Shown here one piece after another: positions 51,730 through 64,000 of a DNA stretch of 64,000 nucleotides. This DNA is from Eledone cirrhosa (lineage: Eukaryota). The notes beneath the pieces are model-generated. The model searched no databases. It was given only the letters and a program-made list of their open reading frames with translations, and was not told the DNA's origin. A program made the position numbers and the translations under genes. The DNA lies in NCBI GenBank assembly GCA_964016885.1, contig OZ024743.1, forward strand, positions 29,636,001 to 29,700,000, given 5' to 3'. Numbering within the stretch: position 1 is the stretch's first letter; each line of letters begins with the position of its first letter.

Positions 51730-52660
51730 AATGTAATCTGAGTTCTTCGAATATCAATATTAACATTCGATTGGTTTGCAATTATTCAAACAAGCCTCAA
51801 TTTTATAGCCATGTCAGAAGAATGAACACTTCATTCTTGCTCTTATGTTGACATGCGAGCAGAATTGCAGACACTAATGTTCACTTGCCAAACTTTCAGA
51901 GCTAGTGAAAATATATGCTATTTTCAAAAATACACAGTGGCTGACGGCCTGATTTGTATATTAGCAGACTAGCTTATCAGTCAGATCTGCATATTAGCAG
52001 ATCCACTGATCAGCCAGATTTGCATATTAGTAGACTGACCAGTCAGTTTCTTGTATACGAGCGATAAATAGCCGGCTTTGCCAAATTCAAGTTCTGTTCG
52101 CATGCCAACATAAGAGCTAACATGAAGTGTTCATTCAACTGACATGGCTATAAAATTGAGGCTTGTTTGCATAATTGCAAACGAATCGAATGTTATTATT
52201 AATATTCGAAAAACTCAGATTACATTTATTGTATTCAGCCATATAGAGTGAAATTTTCTTTTTTATTTGAATTTGGCAAAGCCGGCCATTTATCGCTCGT
52301 ATACAGGAAACTGACTGGCCAGTCTGCTGATATGCAAATCTCGCTGATCAGTGGATCTGCTAATATGCAAATCAGGCCTGTCAGTCACTGTGTATTTTTG
52401 AAAATAGCATATATTTTCACCAGCTCTGACAGTTTGGCAGGTGAACAGTGAGCTGTACTGAAGAAGGGTGATACCCAGAAACATTAGTGTCTACAGTTCT
52501 GTTCACATGCCAACATAAGAGCAAGAATGAAGTATTCATTCTACTGACATGGCTATAAAATTGATGCTTGTCAGCAAAATTGCAAAAAAATCGAATATTA
52601 TTATTAATATTCGAAAAACTCAGATTACATTTATTGTATTCAGCCATGTAGAGCGAAATT
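51730..52660. repeat. Nested inverted/direct repeat block (X' Y X Y' X)
   Basis: 51730-51860 is inverted at 52095-52230, which is repeated at 52495-52630; 51880-52090 is inverted at 52265-52450. Confidence 0.75.
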
Positions 52661-52847
52661 TTATTTTATATATATATAAAGGTAGAACACTGGAAGGTAA
52701 TATCCGTAGTAGTAGAGCATCATTCCATGGGACGAGTTTGGTAGAAGTTGCAACACAACTGTTGATCCGCTTAAGGTGAAACAATTCTTCTCAATATGGT
52801 GAACTAACTACTTCTCTCTCTCCTTCTCTCTCTCTCTCTCTCTCCCC

Positions 52848-52960
<113 letters not shown>

Positions 52961-52989
52961 TTTCAGTGTTCAAATCTGCAAGGGGAATT

Positions 52990-53620
52990 ATTCGGGTAAG
53001 ATATGTGACTTTAAAATATATCGCATTATTCTAACTTTTGTTTTTGCCGCGGCCATTAACCCCGTTGAGACGCATCCATACTTTAATCGGACTTTCGTAT
53101 GCACAGGAGAAATGAGTCTGTAGTAGGATACGAATTCGAGACGTTCACTGATTTTGTTAAACTGTTGAAATAATTCTCCCTTAAAGAAACCTTGCAGCAA
53201 GTGCAGCTACCAAATACAGGCACTACAGCGTAGCCAATGTAGAAAAATGTTATTTTAGACGCCAAAGACACCGTTTCTTTTAAAGATATTTGTATTTAGA
53301 GAGACTTGTGGAAAAATCTCTACCTGGTTTCGTAAAGGTATGAATATATTGTTTATAACATAATTTAAAGCAATTACGTCCAGGCCAATAGAATCCCGCG
53401 GGCGATATTATCATTGGGTTCGAATTTAGCAAATACATTAAAGTTTTCAAAATACAATTACCCTTAAGCGGGCAATTACTTGTGGTAATGTATTTACATG
53501 TAAGTAAAATAAATATATTATTGTTGTTGTTACTGGAGTTGAAACGGTTAATGGAATTCACAAACGTATTACAAGATTAGTTTCGTTAATCGTGTTTCTA
53601 TTGAAAGCTTCTGCTACCTG
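52990..53620. pseudogene. Convergent decayed PLE fragments (RT on plus, endonuclease on minus)
   Basis: Minus: CKYITTSNCPLKGNC..STSLSKY; plus: NVILDAKDTV, similar to NVILHARNTL. Confidence 0.55.
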
Positions 53621-53935
53621 CGATATACATGAAACAGATTAGATTTATTAAGCATTTGGCAATATTGCACTGACTTTTAGATTTAGACTATTTGCTGAAA
53701 TACAGCATGGAATATTTGCTATATATTGAATATTGTCTATTTTATAAAACTGTGGATCATTAAGTTGTAGTTTACGAATAAAAATACTACGCATTCTACA
53801 AATAAAATCAGGCATTAATCAATGCAGTCTCATTTTTATACGTTTAACAATGATTGGAAAGGTATATATATATGAAATACATAGATTAAATAGATTTTAT
53901 TCGTTTGTAAAGTAAAAGTAATATGAATACATACA

Positions 53936-54142
53936 TGCAATGGTCGGCTGAAGAGTTTATAGGCTGACTAGATACTCTCATGGAATGACCAAATGAATTT
54001 TATTTATTATTAAGCACAGGTCATGAAAAGAAAGAATGCAGTTATTTATCAGAAGAGTGGAGATTAATGCATGCACGATTTCAGAGCTCTAGTATCAATC
54101 CATCATAGTCAGTATATGAACTTATCAGCCGACCCTCGTATG
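53936..54142. mobile_element. Mariner-derived MITE
   Basis: Imperfect TIRs ggtcggctgaagagtttataggctgac and gtcagtatatgaacttatcagccgaccctcg-TA. Confidence 0.65.
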
Positions 54143-55399
54143 TTCGTTATAGACCCAAATGCATTAATTGAGTTTATGCATACATACACGTACGCCCACA
54201 TCCCTACATTCAGAGGTATATACCCTCATTTCCTTTACCAAGGCCAATGGACATATGAAATAATTTCTCATTGTAGGCTATATCGTGTTTTTTTTTTAAT
54301 ATTATATATCCAATAGTATATAATCTAATGAATTTGTCTGACTTTATGAGTGTTAAGTCTGATATGAGTTATTTAACGGGGAGAGGAGCAGCATAACAGT
54401 TTCTTGTTTTATATTTTCAAAATGCGGCCCATGGCGTTTTCACAGGGAATTTCACAGAGAACATTAAATTATAATCTTTCAATGTAGAATCTAAGCGGTG
54501 TCAGACCATGAACTCATGGTGAGGATGAGCATGTGTTAGGTTATATATTAAATGCTATTATTGTGATTTCATACTCTTTGATATCTGCAATTTACTTTAC
54601 CGTATCTTATTTCCTACAATTATTGACTTCCAGTAAATCATAAGATTTATGAGACTGTTGTTCATTTGCACTAGCTAACTGGACAGACCTATGATTAAAA
54701 GTCTTCTGACCGTGGCTATTCCATCCTTTCGTATAACCTGGACTACATTATTCAATGAGTTAGTCATGTTATTTAAGATGGTAAAGTATAATTTGAAATC
54801 GATGTGTCTGCTAATCTTAGCAGATCTAGCGACTGTATAATGCTATATTGTTCGCGTGTAAGAGATTTGCTGTACATAGAGTGAATTCAGCCATCTCTGT
54901 TAGAATGGTGATAAACATGCAAGGTAGTATTAAAAAGAAGAGCTGTCCAGAAATCATTGTCAGTTTCCCAGGTGAAATATTTCAAAACTATCTTTCTACG
55001 TCATGGTTTACGCAATTTGAATACTTTTAGTTTTACGATTCGTCCAACGGCTATCAATAAATCTGAAGTAGACTCACAAAATGCTGATTCACTGTTGTAA
55101 ACAGCATCAAATATTTACTATGAAATATATGAATCACAGGCGTGCGCACATGCAGACATACACTCATAAATACTCACACAAATCTACGTATAATATGAAC
55201 AGAAACAAAGACTCAGTTTTGGACAGTGTAAACTATGCACAAACGCACACACATGCCCCCCCCCCCCACGCATACACACATACACACACGCGCGCACACA
55301 CACACATACATACATGCACACACATATCTAGAAGTATAGTCAAGTTTGAGTATCTGCAGTTTCCTTATTAGTTTAGCAGAAATATTCTCATGTTCGTAA

Positions 55400-57300
55400 T
55401 CTTTTGCACAATATTGACAACAGCTGGCAGCTGATTTCCCCTACTGTGCATGCCTTCTTTTCTCTGTCACATTTTACATGCATTTGGTGGGATTTTGTCT
55501 GGATCATTCCATCACTACTGTTTCATATTATGTATGCATATGTCCTCTACATCACTGTATCATTTTATGTTTATTATCAAGGCTGTCCTTTCTACAGATT
55601 TCATTGTACAGTAGTTTGGTCACTACATCATCCCTTATAGGAAGATATATCGTAATGACACGGACGGCAGCATATAATGTGCATGAGATCCATGTTTACT
55701 TTTCATGGAAAGGCGGACAATGCCATTGCTGATGAGAACATTTCCAGTGGAGGTATCTTGGACATTAGCAAATCGAAGGGCTTCTAGCGTTCAAGAGTGG
55801 GGAACAGAATCGAATTCTTTACTGTAATCCTGCATGGCTACAATAAAGTTCCTCCTATGTCAACGCACCTCTCATATAGTGGTATTGGTAATAACACCCC
55901 TTTCTTTCCATCGGCTTGCTCATCTGTGATGATTTTATGATTGTCACATACTTGCTTTGGCGGACCAATATTGTTTCTGCTAATTTCAAGCATCTTAGTA
56001 TATAGACATCTCCCTTGAGAGCTCGCTGGTAATGGTTGGTACGGTACATCCGAAAGAAAGTCAGTTTCATTGTATCAGTAGCCGACATTTAAATCTCTTC
56101 TTGATGATTTCTTATTGAATGTTCCCTTTTTATATCGCAGTCCTCCACTGACGGATCTCAGTTCTTATCTGACGCCGATCAACTTTCATTGAAGTGTTCT
56201 GTTTGTATTTTCTCTAAACATCATTTCTATTTTCACTTTTTGTTGGTGAAGAGTGTATTTTGTTTTGTTGCTGTTTACATGTGATAAGCATTGTCACATG
56301 GCCGATAGTTCTCCGTAGGTCAGCAATCTTTTTCCACATAAAAAAAATACGATGGCAGCTTTGTATTCTTTTTGTCTATGTTAACTGTCATTACTACGGC
56401 ATATAGACAGACGTTAAATTGCCAAAATGCAAGGGTTTTAATTTGTCTTCAATATCCACCTGAAATTTTGTCGAATTTCATTATTTGGTTTCTTGTTTAA
56501 TATTGTGGTTTTATGACTGTTTAAAATAGCTATGTGTAAATTTTAACTGTTTATACTCTTCACTTTCCCAGCTAACTGGAGAATCATTGTTGGTATTTAC
56601 ATGTTGGTGATTAACGTGACTGTGAAATATAGCAGTCGATGTGTAGTGAGTTGTGATACGTGAAATGTCAAATGTCTCGGTGACAGGTTAAAGAGACTTT
56701 GTGTATTGCTGATGTTTGTTGTGATGGTTGGACTGGCTACAGTAAAACCTAGTAACATGATGGTCTGTTGTGTCACGTGCTAATTGCATGATCCATTTGG
56801 GGGACCGATCACTTAGTGTTGCTATTTGTAAGAGTTTCATACATTTATTTCAATCATGTTTATGCTATTTTTACATTCGGCAAACGTAGATTCTTAGAGT
56901 AATTGTTTGACTGTGAAATAATGTAGCTTTGGGTAAAGTTCGTTCCAGTGTAGCTTCATTAAGTTCATATAACCAACAGAAGCATCTCTTTTGCCATTTT
57001 ATATTATTTGTCCAAGAAATATACGGTGTATCGTTAGTTTCGGTTCCTTCTGTAAATAGAAATAAAATAGGCTTTTTAATTTTCTCATTGTTGTTTTTCT
57101 TTGATTCAATGTTGTTGATATTGTCGTGTCCAACTATGCTGGTTGTATCAAATATCTGTATAGTGAATTCCATATCTAGAAGAATATCTCTACGATATTG
57201 AATAAAAGGTGTCTTCAGAGAATATCAACATATAAATATCTAGATATTCATCAGGTCTCGTAGTTGTGGCATAACTGTTGAATATAGTATTCATCTCAGA
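55400..57300 (-). mobile_element. Internally deleted R4/Dong-type LINE
   Basis: Homologous to 58.5-61.3 kb; DYSKEFDSVPHS; endonuclease region PDKIP..KKACTVGEISC. Confidence 0.75.
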
Positions 57301-57410
57301 TTTAATGAATAGTCTTCTTCGCCATATGTGCGACCTCTGGCATCGAGTATGTATATATGTATGTATGTATGTTTGTATATATGTATGTATATATGTATAT
57401 ATGTATATGG

Positions 57411-57745
57411 TTAAGAGAGTGGGACTGGCTTTGTGCAGTGCCTCTGCTCACTATAAAAGCTTCGCGGCACAGGCATTGCTTTATATCTGGAGATCTCTCT
57501 GCACTTGTTGTCACATGGTTCCATGGACCCAGCACTCTGTGTCAATAATTGTCACAAGTGTAGTGTTTGTACCAGAGTTTTCAAGTCGCTGGCTGGACTA
57601 AACAGTGACACTCGTTCAGCGCATCGGTAGGGGTTCTCCTACATGGATATAAAGTAGTGGCCGTACTCAAAAACGAGTTGGCAGCCACCATGTATGCATG
57701 TATGTATGTTTGTATGTACGTGTGTATGTATGTGTGTATGTATGT
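57411..57745 (+). mobile_element. Bipartite RTE-derived non-autonomous element A
   Basis: Structured 5' end plus an RTE-like C-terminal Zn finger (CSVCTRVFKSLAGLNSDTRSAHR*), terminal hairpin and (ATGT)n tail. Confidence 0.6.
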
Positions 57746-57789
57746 CTGTTGCTAGTTGGGTCACTGACGACCTGATCATGCATTTGATG

Positions 57790-58130
57790 TTCAGAGAGTG
57801 GGATTGACCCCGTGCAAAGCCTTTCCCCACTTAAAAAAGTTTCAAGCACAGGCATCGCTTGATATGTGACAGCTTTTGCGATGCATTGTATTGATGTCCA
57901 TAGGCCAGTCCTTTGCAGGACTAAAAAACCACGTCATGCTTAAGTATCAAGCGACGGGATTACTCGAAATTGAGTTGCAGTCATCATCATCATGTATGTA
58001 TGTATGTATGTATGTATGTATGTATGTATGTATGTATGTATGTATGTATGTATGTATGTATGTATGTATGTATGTATGTATGTATGTATGCATGTATGTA
58101 TGTATGTATGCTTACAAGTATATATGTATG
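57790..58130 (+). mobile_element. Bipartite RTE-derived non-autonomous element B
   Basis: Same 5' motif; QSFAGLKNH; hairpin actcgaaattgagt; (ATGT)n tail. Confidence 0.6.
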
Positions 58131-58479
58131 TATGTTCTTCTGGTTTTATAATTTCACAAATTCTTGCCAATAGAGAGAGAGTCGGTTCCTAACATAGACA
58201 CAAGACTATCTCATTGGAATTTACACAACAACAACTAGGTAGATATGTCTGCATGTCTGCATGCATGCATGTGTAGATATGAATGTTATTGTATGTGTGG
58301 ATGTGTATGTTTTGAGTTGTAGGTGTGCATGGGTATATGCTTAATATCTGTACATGTGTATATGCAGTTATTAGATGCAACATTTTTGGAATGTTTTACA
58401 TATTTTACTGTTCGATTAATGGATTGTACTTGTAATTTCCTAACTAGTTGTGTTATTTCCGTTCATGTGAAGCCTAGCT

Positions 58480-61260
58480 TCTCAAGATTTGTATTGAGGC
58501 AGTTAATAAAATATCACAGTATCCCAATAATCACAGGCATAAATCTGAAGGTGTAATCAGAGTGGAGTATCTGCAGATTTCTCATCAGTTCTGCATAAAT
58601 ATTCTCCTTTTTGCTAATATTTGATATTATATGGGCATTGACTGGACAGCTAACTTCCACTCCTGTGCATGCCTTCTTTTCCCTGTCCCATATCATAATA
58701 TCTGGTCTGTCATTCCTGCCTGCATTTTATTAGGGTTTTTACTGGAACATTCCACCAGTACTCTTTCATATTATGTATATGTATGTCTTCCACATTGCTG
58801 TAGCTTTTAATGTGTTTATTATCGGGGCTATCTTTTCTACGGATTGCTTTGTACAGAGTTTTGGGCACTACATCATGCCTCATAGGTAGATAGTATCGCA
58901 ATGACATCTTTGGACAGCTGCTTATGACATGGGTGACATCTTCGATATGTGTTTTGCCTGCATCCCTATCTCTTTTGAGAATCAGGTATTTCGTGTTGAT
59001 TTCCTGTTCTTGGATTGCATAAAGCGTTTCCTTCAAAGTGGGAGCCAATATAGCGGTTGTTCGTCCAAGATAGACTACTTTCTTTATCAATATTACTCTC
59101 ACTCTGAAGCTACCTAGAAACATATCCATGCATGATGATTTGCTGATAAGCATGCAGTTTTTCATCCATCGATTCACTGCAATACTGCTGAGCAACTTCC
59201 CTGGGTGTGAGTTTTTGATTATCACACAGGGAATACCTCTCGAGGAGTTCCTTCCCAACTCTCATGATCTTATGTTTCATTGCTCGTGAGACGGGCTCCT
59301 ACGCTTTGAGGTTCGTAGATGTTGTCGGAGGGATATGATACGACATTCAAATGCTGCCTGGACTGATGTTAGGCCTCAGCCTCCTGCTTACGATTCAAGT
59401 AAAGGTGGTCTACGTCACTATTTAATGTGGTAGTTTCCGGTGTTGTTTAGTATTTTTCGAGTTCTAACCTCAATCGCTCGGATTTCGTCTATCGTTCAAT
59501 TAAGTATTCCAAAAGTTGGTGTTAGGACAGGCACAGCAAACACATTGTGAGCCGCTGTTTTGTTTTGCGCAGAAGGTTCCGATAACCATATCTTTCTTAA
59601 TCGGGTGTAGTATTCCCTGGTTACGCGTACCTTATTACAGACACCATTATGTTATATGTTCTCATCTATCCTCAGGTATCTGTAGCAGTCCTCATCAGAT
59701 ATCGGTGAAACAGTTACGCCATTGATACAAATGTTACTTGATTGGGTTGTTGTTTTTCCTCGCTTTACAGTCATATATCAGCATTTATCTTGGCCAAACT
59801 CCATTCCTATATCCTTTGAGAATGTTGTAACCAGGTCAAGATTTTTCTTCATCCCATCCATGTTCTTGTCATAGAGTTTCAGATCATCCACAAATAAATT
59901 ATGGGTTAGGTTTGTATTTCTGTCCTCCTGTGACCCAATGATGTATCCTTCACATTTCTTGAGCAGAAAGGACAAGGGGTTTAATCACAGGATGAATAAT
60001 ATCACAGAGAGACTGTCTCCCTGAAATATACCCCTGAGATAATTTATTTTATCAGTGAAAATAGAGTCCTCCTTCTCTGTCCTTAACTTTAGGATAGCTT
60101 CTCTAAGGCTCTGATAATAATGTCTGGGACTTTAGCAAGTCGGAGGGCCTCTACCATCCAAGGGTGGGGAACAGAATCAAAGGTTTTCCTGTAGTCCAGC
60201 CAGACTGTAACCATATTCCTCCTAAGCTGTCGTACCTCCGACATGGCAGTTTTATTGATTATGAGTTTTCAGCATATCCCCAAACCCATTCCTCTCTAGC
60301 TGCTTTTTCATGTGATGATGTTATTATTTTCACAGTGATCTTCGAGGAATAGGTTCAGGCAGGCCGTATACATCTTATACATCAGGTTCTGGCATGCAAT
60401 GTGTCGGTAGCTTTTTTCCAGGTGGGAGTCTTTGTTCTTGGGGACCAGTAATGTTTGTGGTAATGTAAACCATTCTGGTATAAGTGTATCTCGCTCAAGA
60501 ACCTGTTGGTAGTGGTCGGTAAGATACCTCTGATAGAATATCAGTTTTTGTACCAGTAGCCGACAATCATGTCTCTTCCTGGTGTTTTTTTGATCTTGGA
60601 GTTTTCCTATGACAGTCTCAAGTGTACCCTCACTTATTTCGTATGTTTTTGTTGTAATGTAGGAGCAATAGTTCTTTTGGATTTCCTTTAGCCACACTGC
60701 ATCTTGGTTGAAATTCTTCTTTTCACCCCATATTTTTCTCCAAAAATCTATGTATTTCTGGGATGGGGCCTCAGTAATACTTATTATTTTGCCCTTCATA
60801 TCTCTAAAGAGTGATGTTTGGTTTCGTCTGAATCTTTTATATTAAGCACTTTCCTTTCATATACCTGCTTAAGGTATCGGCGTTTTTCGCTAACAACTCT
60901 CAATTCTTTTTTGAGAGTGATCAGCTTATATTGAAGAGTTCTTGTTCTATCGTCTCTATTTTATTTTTCACTCTTTGTTGGTGAGGAGTAAAATTTTTTT
61001 GTGTTTGTTTGCATGTAAGGAGCATTGTCACATTCCCTATAGTTTTTCGTAGGTCAACAATCTTTTTTTCTATTTTAGTTATATATGATGGTATTTTTTG
61101 TGGTGTTTTGTTCTTGTTAATATCTCTGCTATCACCAAGATAATGCTTCACTGTCGTTAATAAGGCATATAAACGGGCGTTGATTTGCTAAAATATTGGG
61201 GTTTTTAACCGTCGTAAATATTCATCCCCTATTTCGTCAATAACACGTTAAATTTCGTTA
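58480..61260 (-). mobile_element. R4/Dong-type non-LTR retrotransposon with restriction-like endonuclease, decayed
   Basis: FWRKIW; YRHIACQNLMYK; GIFQGDSLS; HNLFVDDLKLY; HVISSCP..RHD; PDIMIWDR..VEVSCP. Confidence 0.9.
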
Positions 61261-62163
61261 TTTGTTTTTTTATTTAAATGTATGTATGTGTTTGTGAATG
61301 TAAGTATGAGTCTGTGTGTGTATGTTTGGTAAATGTTAACCTCGTATGTCGCCACATTTGTGTGTCTCTTAAATATTAGTTAACATATTAGTTAATAGGT
61401 TAGTGAAGACTAGATTCACACCCAATATCAGGTCCTTCATCATTTCACCTTTTGTCTTTCCAGGGTTTGATATTGTACCAATTTCTCTATTTCTACCCTC
61501 CGTCAAGGAAATGACGTAAGCATATAAAATCCATACCGAATCTTTTCACTAGTTGTGAATAAATAACGAGGTAACCTAAGACCGAAACAGGATTAACTCA
61601 GTTAATTTGTTCTAATTCAAATAATATAAAACACCATGTTTCTTTAAATTTGTAGTAATTTCTGTATATGAAAACATTGTTCTTTTGAACTAGCACACAA
61701 CACAATATACATATTTGACTCTATGAAAGCATCTGTAAATATAACTTTATCTTTATATGCTTAGGTATGCATGTATATATAATAATGTATATGCATAGAT
61801 ACATACTTACGTAAGTACATAATACATTTTGATTGATACTTCATTACGCATCTTTTGTGAAAACCCAAAACGAAACAAACAAAACAAAACAAAAATAGCG
61901 AAATGCGCACAAGCATACATATATCCTTACCAATATTACAAATATGGTTTCGAAACAATAAAACAGTATACTGAATAACATACGTTTAACTTAATAAGAA
62001 ATGATACGCGATACGTACAGACATATATACATACAAACATAAAATGCAAGCACATAAATTCATATACGAGTTGAATACAGATTCGGAGATACATACCGTC
62101 AGCCATGTATATTTAATAATTGTGATACCACCCCCCCTATATACACACAAACACACATATGTA

Positions 62164-62194
<31 letters not shown>

Positions 62195-62856
62195 GTGTGT
62201 GTGTGTGTGTGTATATATGCACAGGTAGAAGACAAGTATGTGTTTGAAAAATTAAAGATTAAGCGATTCTAAATTATCAATTCAATATTGACTGTTCATT
62301 TCGTGTCAGATATTAACACAATGACTCCTTATGTAACAAAAGGCATAGCACAAAAGCAAGAAAATATATAAAAGTAAGATTACCATATTTAAAATAGTAT
62401 CTTCCAAGTAATTAGAACATATCTTTGAATGTCTTTTAACGAAAGGTGAAAATAAGGAAACATAAAAAAAGACGATATATCTAAAGTTTTGTTATTTCAG
62501 CCGTTAATTGCTTGGATTTTCTTGGTTGAAATGTATGACAGACTACTACTAGTATTATAAGTATCTATACTTATCTCAGACATAACAGCTGCGACCAGAG
62601 ATAATAACAATGTTGTTGAAAAAACCCCCCAAAAACATAGTGTCAAGTTGAAAATGGTGATAACGGTAAAAGTTTGAACATATATACATTATAAACATAC
62701 AAAGTTAATTTCCATCTGCATAGAGAAGTGTTTGTGATGAATTTAATATCTCTTTCTCTCTCTCGTCAACATGAATGGACCTGTTATTTTCATCTGAAGA
62801 CATTTTTTCCAATTCCATCCCACCCGTCCACTCAATCTATCTTATTTCTCATTATT

Positions 62857-62892
62857 TCTTCTGATGAAGGACTAGCGTCCGAAACGTTAAGA
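62857..62892 (+). ncRNA. Minimal type I hammerhead in a pLTR remnant (~62740-63050)
   Basis: tctt-CTGATGA-a-ggac-tagc-gtcc-GAAA-CG-TT-aaga; palindrome AACGTT. Confidence 0.85.
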
Positions 62893-63047
62893 CCCTCTTC
62901 TTGCTATATCAAACGTTAACCTAATATATCCCTTCCATATACTATACCGATTGTGTTGTTATTTCTGTTTACCTTTTCTTATATATTTGATATATATTTA
63001 TCCTGATCGTGCCCTCTTTGGATTTTAGTCTTCAAATTGATTATTAT

Positions 63048-63104
<57 letters not shown>

Positions 63105-63105
<1 letters not shown>

Positions 63106-63400
63106 CCAGGATCGATCGACTTTCGTCAATTCGGCCCTCATCTTAGCTAGATCTAACACTAGTTTAACTAAAAAAGAAATAAACAGAACCAACCGCCTTG
63201 ATAACTTTGATATCACGGTGGGTTTAAGTGACTCAGCGCAGGCAACAAACCTGGTCGGAATTTACCTCCTACACAGACGCAGGGACGTGATTCTTGTACT
63301 ACAAGGAGCTATATATAGTGACCACGCCCTATTTACCGTAAAGAACCATAGCCCCCATAGGATAGAAAATCTTGATAAACTTATACACAAACCCCCATGC
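63105..63400 (+). pseudogene. Hydra-like PLE RT fragment
   Basis: NSALILARSNTSLTKKEI; FDITVGLSDSAQATNLVGIYLL..GAIYSDHAL. Confidence 0.8.
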
Positions 63401-63721
63401 ATTAGGTATACATGTGTGCTGTGTTTAACTACATTACCAATAGTCTATCATATTCACACCTAAATACGGCATCATTTATACTTAGTTGACCAACCCCGCA
63501 TATGTTAATTCATTTTAAATAAAAAATGTTTTGCCCATAGCAGGTATTGGTCATAAGAAATGCAGTAAACCTTCTACTGGCACCGGTAATTACCTCCCTT
63601 AGCGTATTAAATCACTCTCACCGTATTTATACGCATAACATCTAAGACCACAATGCATAGCGATGTAATATTATTATACCCTTTCACGGTTTGTAATTAA
63701 GGACTATGCTATATGAGTATC

Positions 63722-63762
63722 TTCCTCCGACGAGCTTCCCTGGGCGAAACACGTGTAAGAGC
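63722..63762 (+). ncRNA. Minimal hammerhead, CCGANGA variant, weak stem I
   Basis: ttcct-CCGACGA-gctt-ccct-gggc-GAAA-CACGTG-TA-agagc. Confidence 0.6.
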
Positions 63763-64000
63763 TATATAAATATATGTTTTAACGGCTTGTAACTCTTTCA
63801 TTCATTCATTATTTTGCTTATTCCAGCTCAGCTTAATCTTTACACTAAATATTAACTTTCTCTAATATTTAAACCTGGTAACACTAAGCATTGCCCATAC
63901 TACGTATCCGCTTTTGGCATGTAATATTCTGTATCGCACCTCTTTATATCTCTCATTTCTATCCTCTCTTACGATACAATAACCCTACTATTATCATATA

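Noticed and set aside
57411-57480. HDV-like or twister ribozyme call for the RTE 5' motif
   Set aside because: Lacks the P1.1 GG, P4 and catalytic-C J4/2 of HDV, and lacks the twister consensus; reported only as an unclassified pseudoknot

Overview
AT-rich, microsatellite-dense animal DNA, probably invertebrate; the SINE core and repeat mix resemble octopus or another cephalopod (inference). No host protein-coding exon, rRNA, true tRNA or CRISPR array is supported, and most ORF-track entries are microsatellite artefacts. The window is a nest of transposable elements dominated by Penelope-like retroelements (PLEs). These include many decayed copies of a YRDD/CxCx5C type (Hydra-clade-like) and one near-complete Neptune-type element (42.3-48.15 kb) flanked by ~1.2-kb inverted pseudo-LTRs (pLTRs). 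Also present are two Helitrons, R4/Dong-type LINEs, CR1-like and Vingi-like fragments, a Gypsy integrase plus LTR, mariner/pogo remnants, tRNA-SINEs and two bipartite RTE-derived elements. About a dozen minimal type-I hammerhead ribozyme (HHR) motifs were read by eye. The main candidates are: (1) a gag-pol-like ORF1/RT arrangement in the Neptune PLE joined by an in-register U UUU UUA -1 slippery site; (2) HHR cleavage triplets that coincide with GU-AG intron 5' splice sites in several PLE families; (3) a recurrent CCGANGA core variant; (4) a 5' pseudoknot plus a covarying 5'-3' stem in the bipartite RTE elements. All structures were derived by eye and boundaries of decayed elements are approximate.
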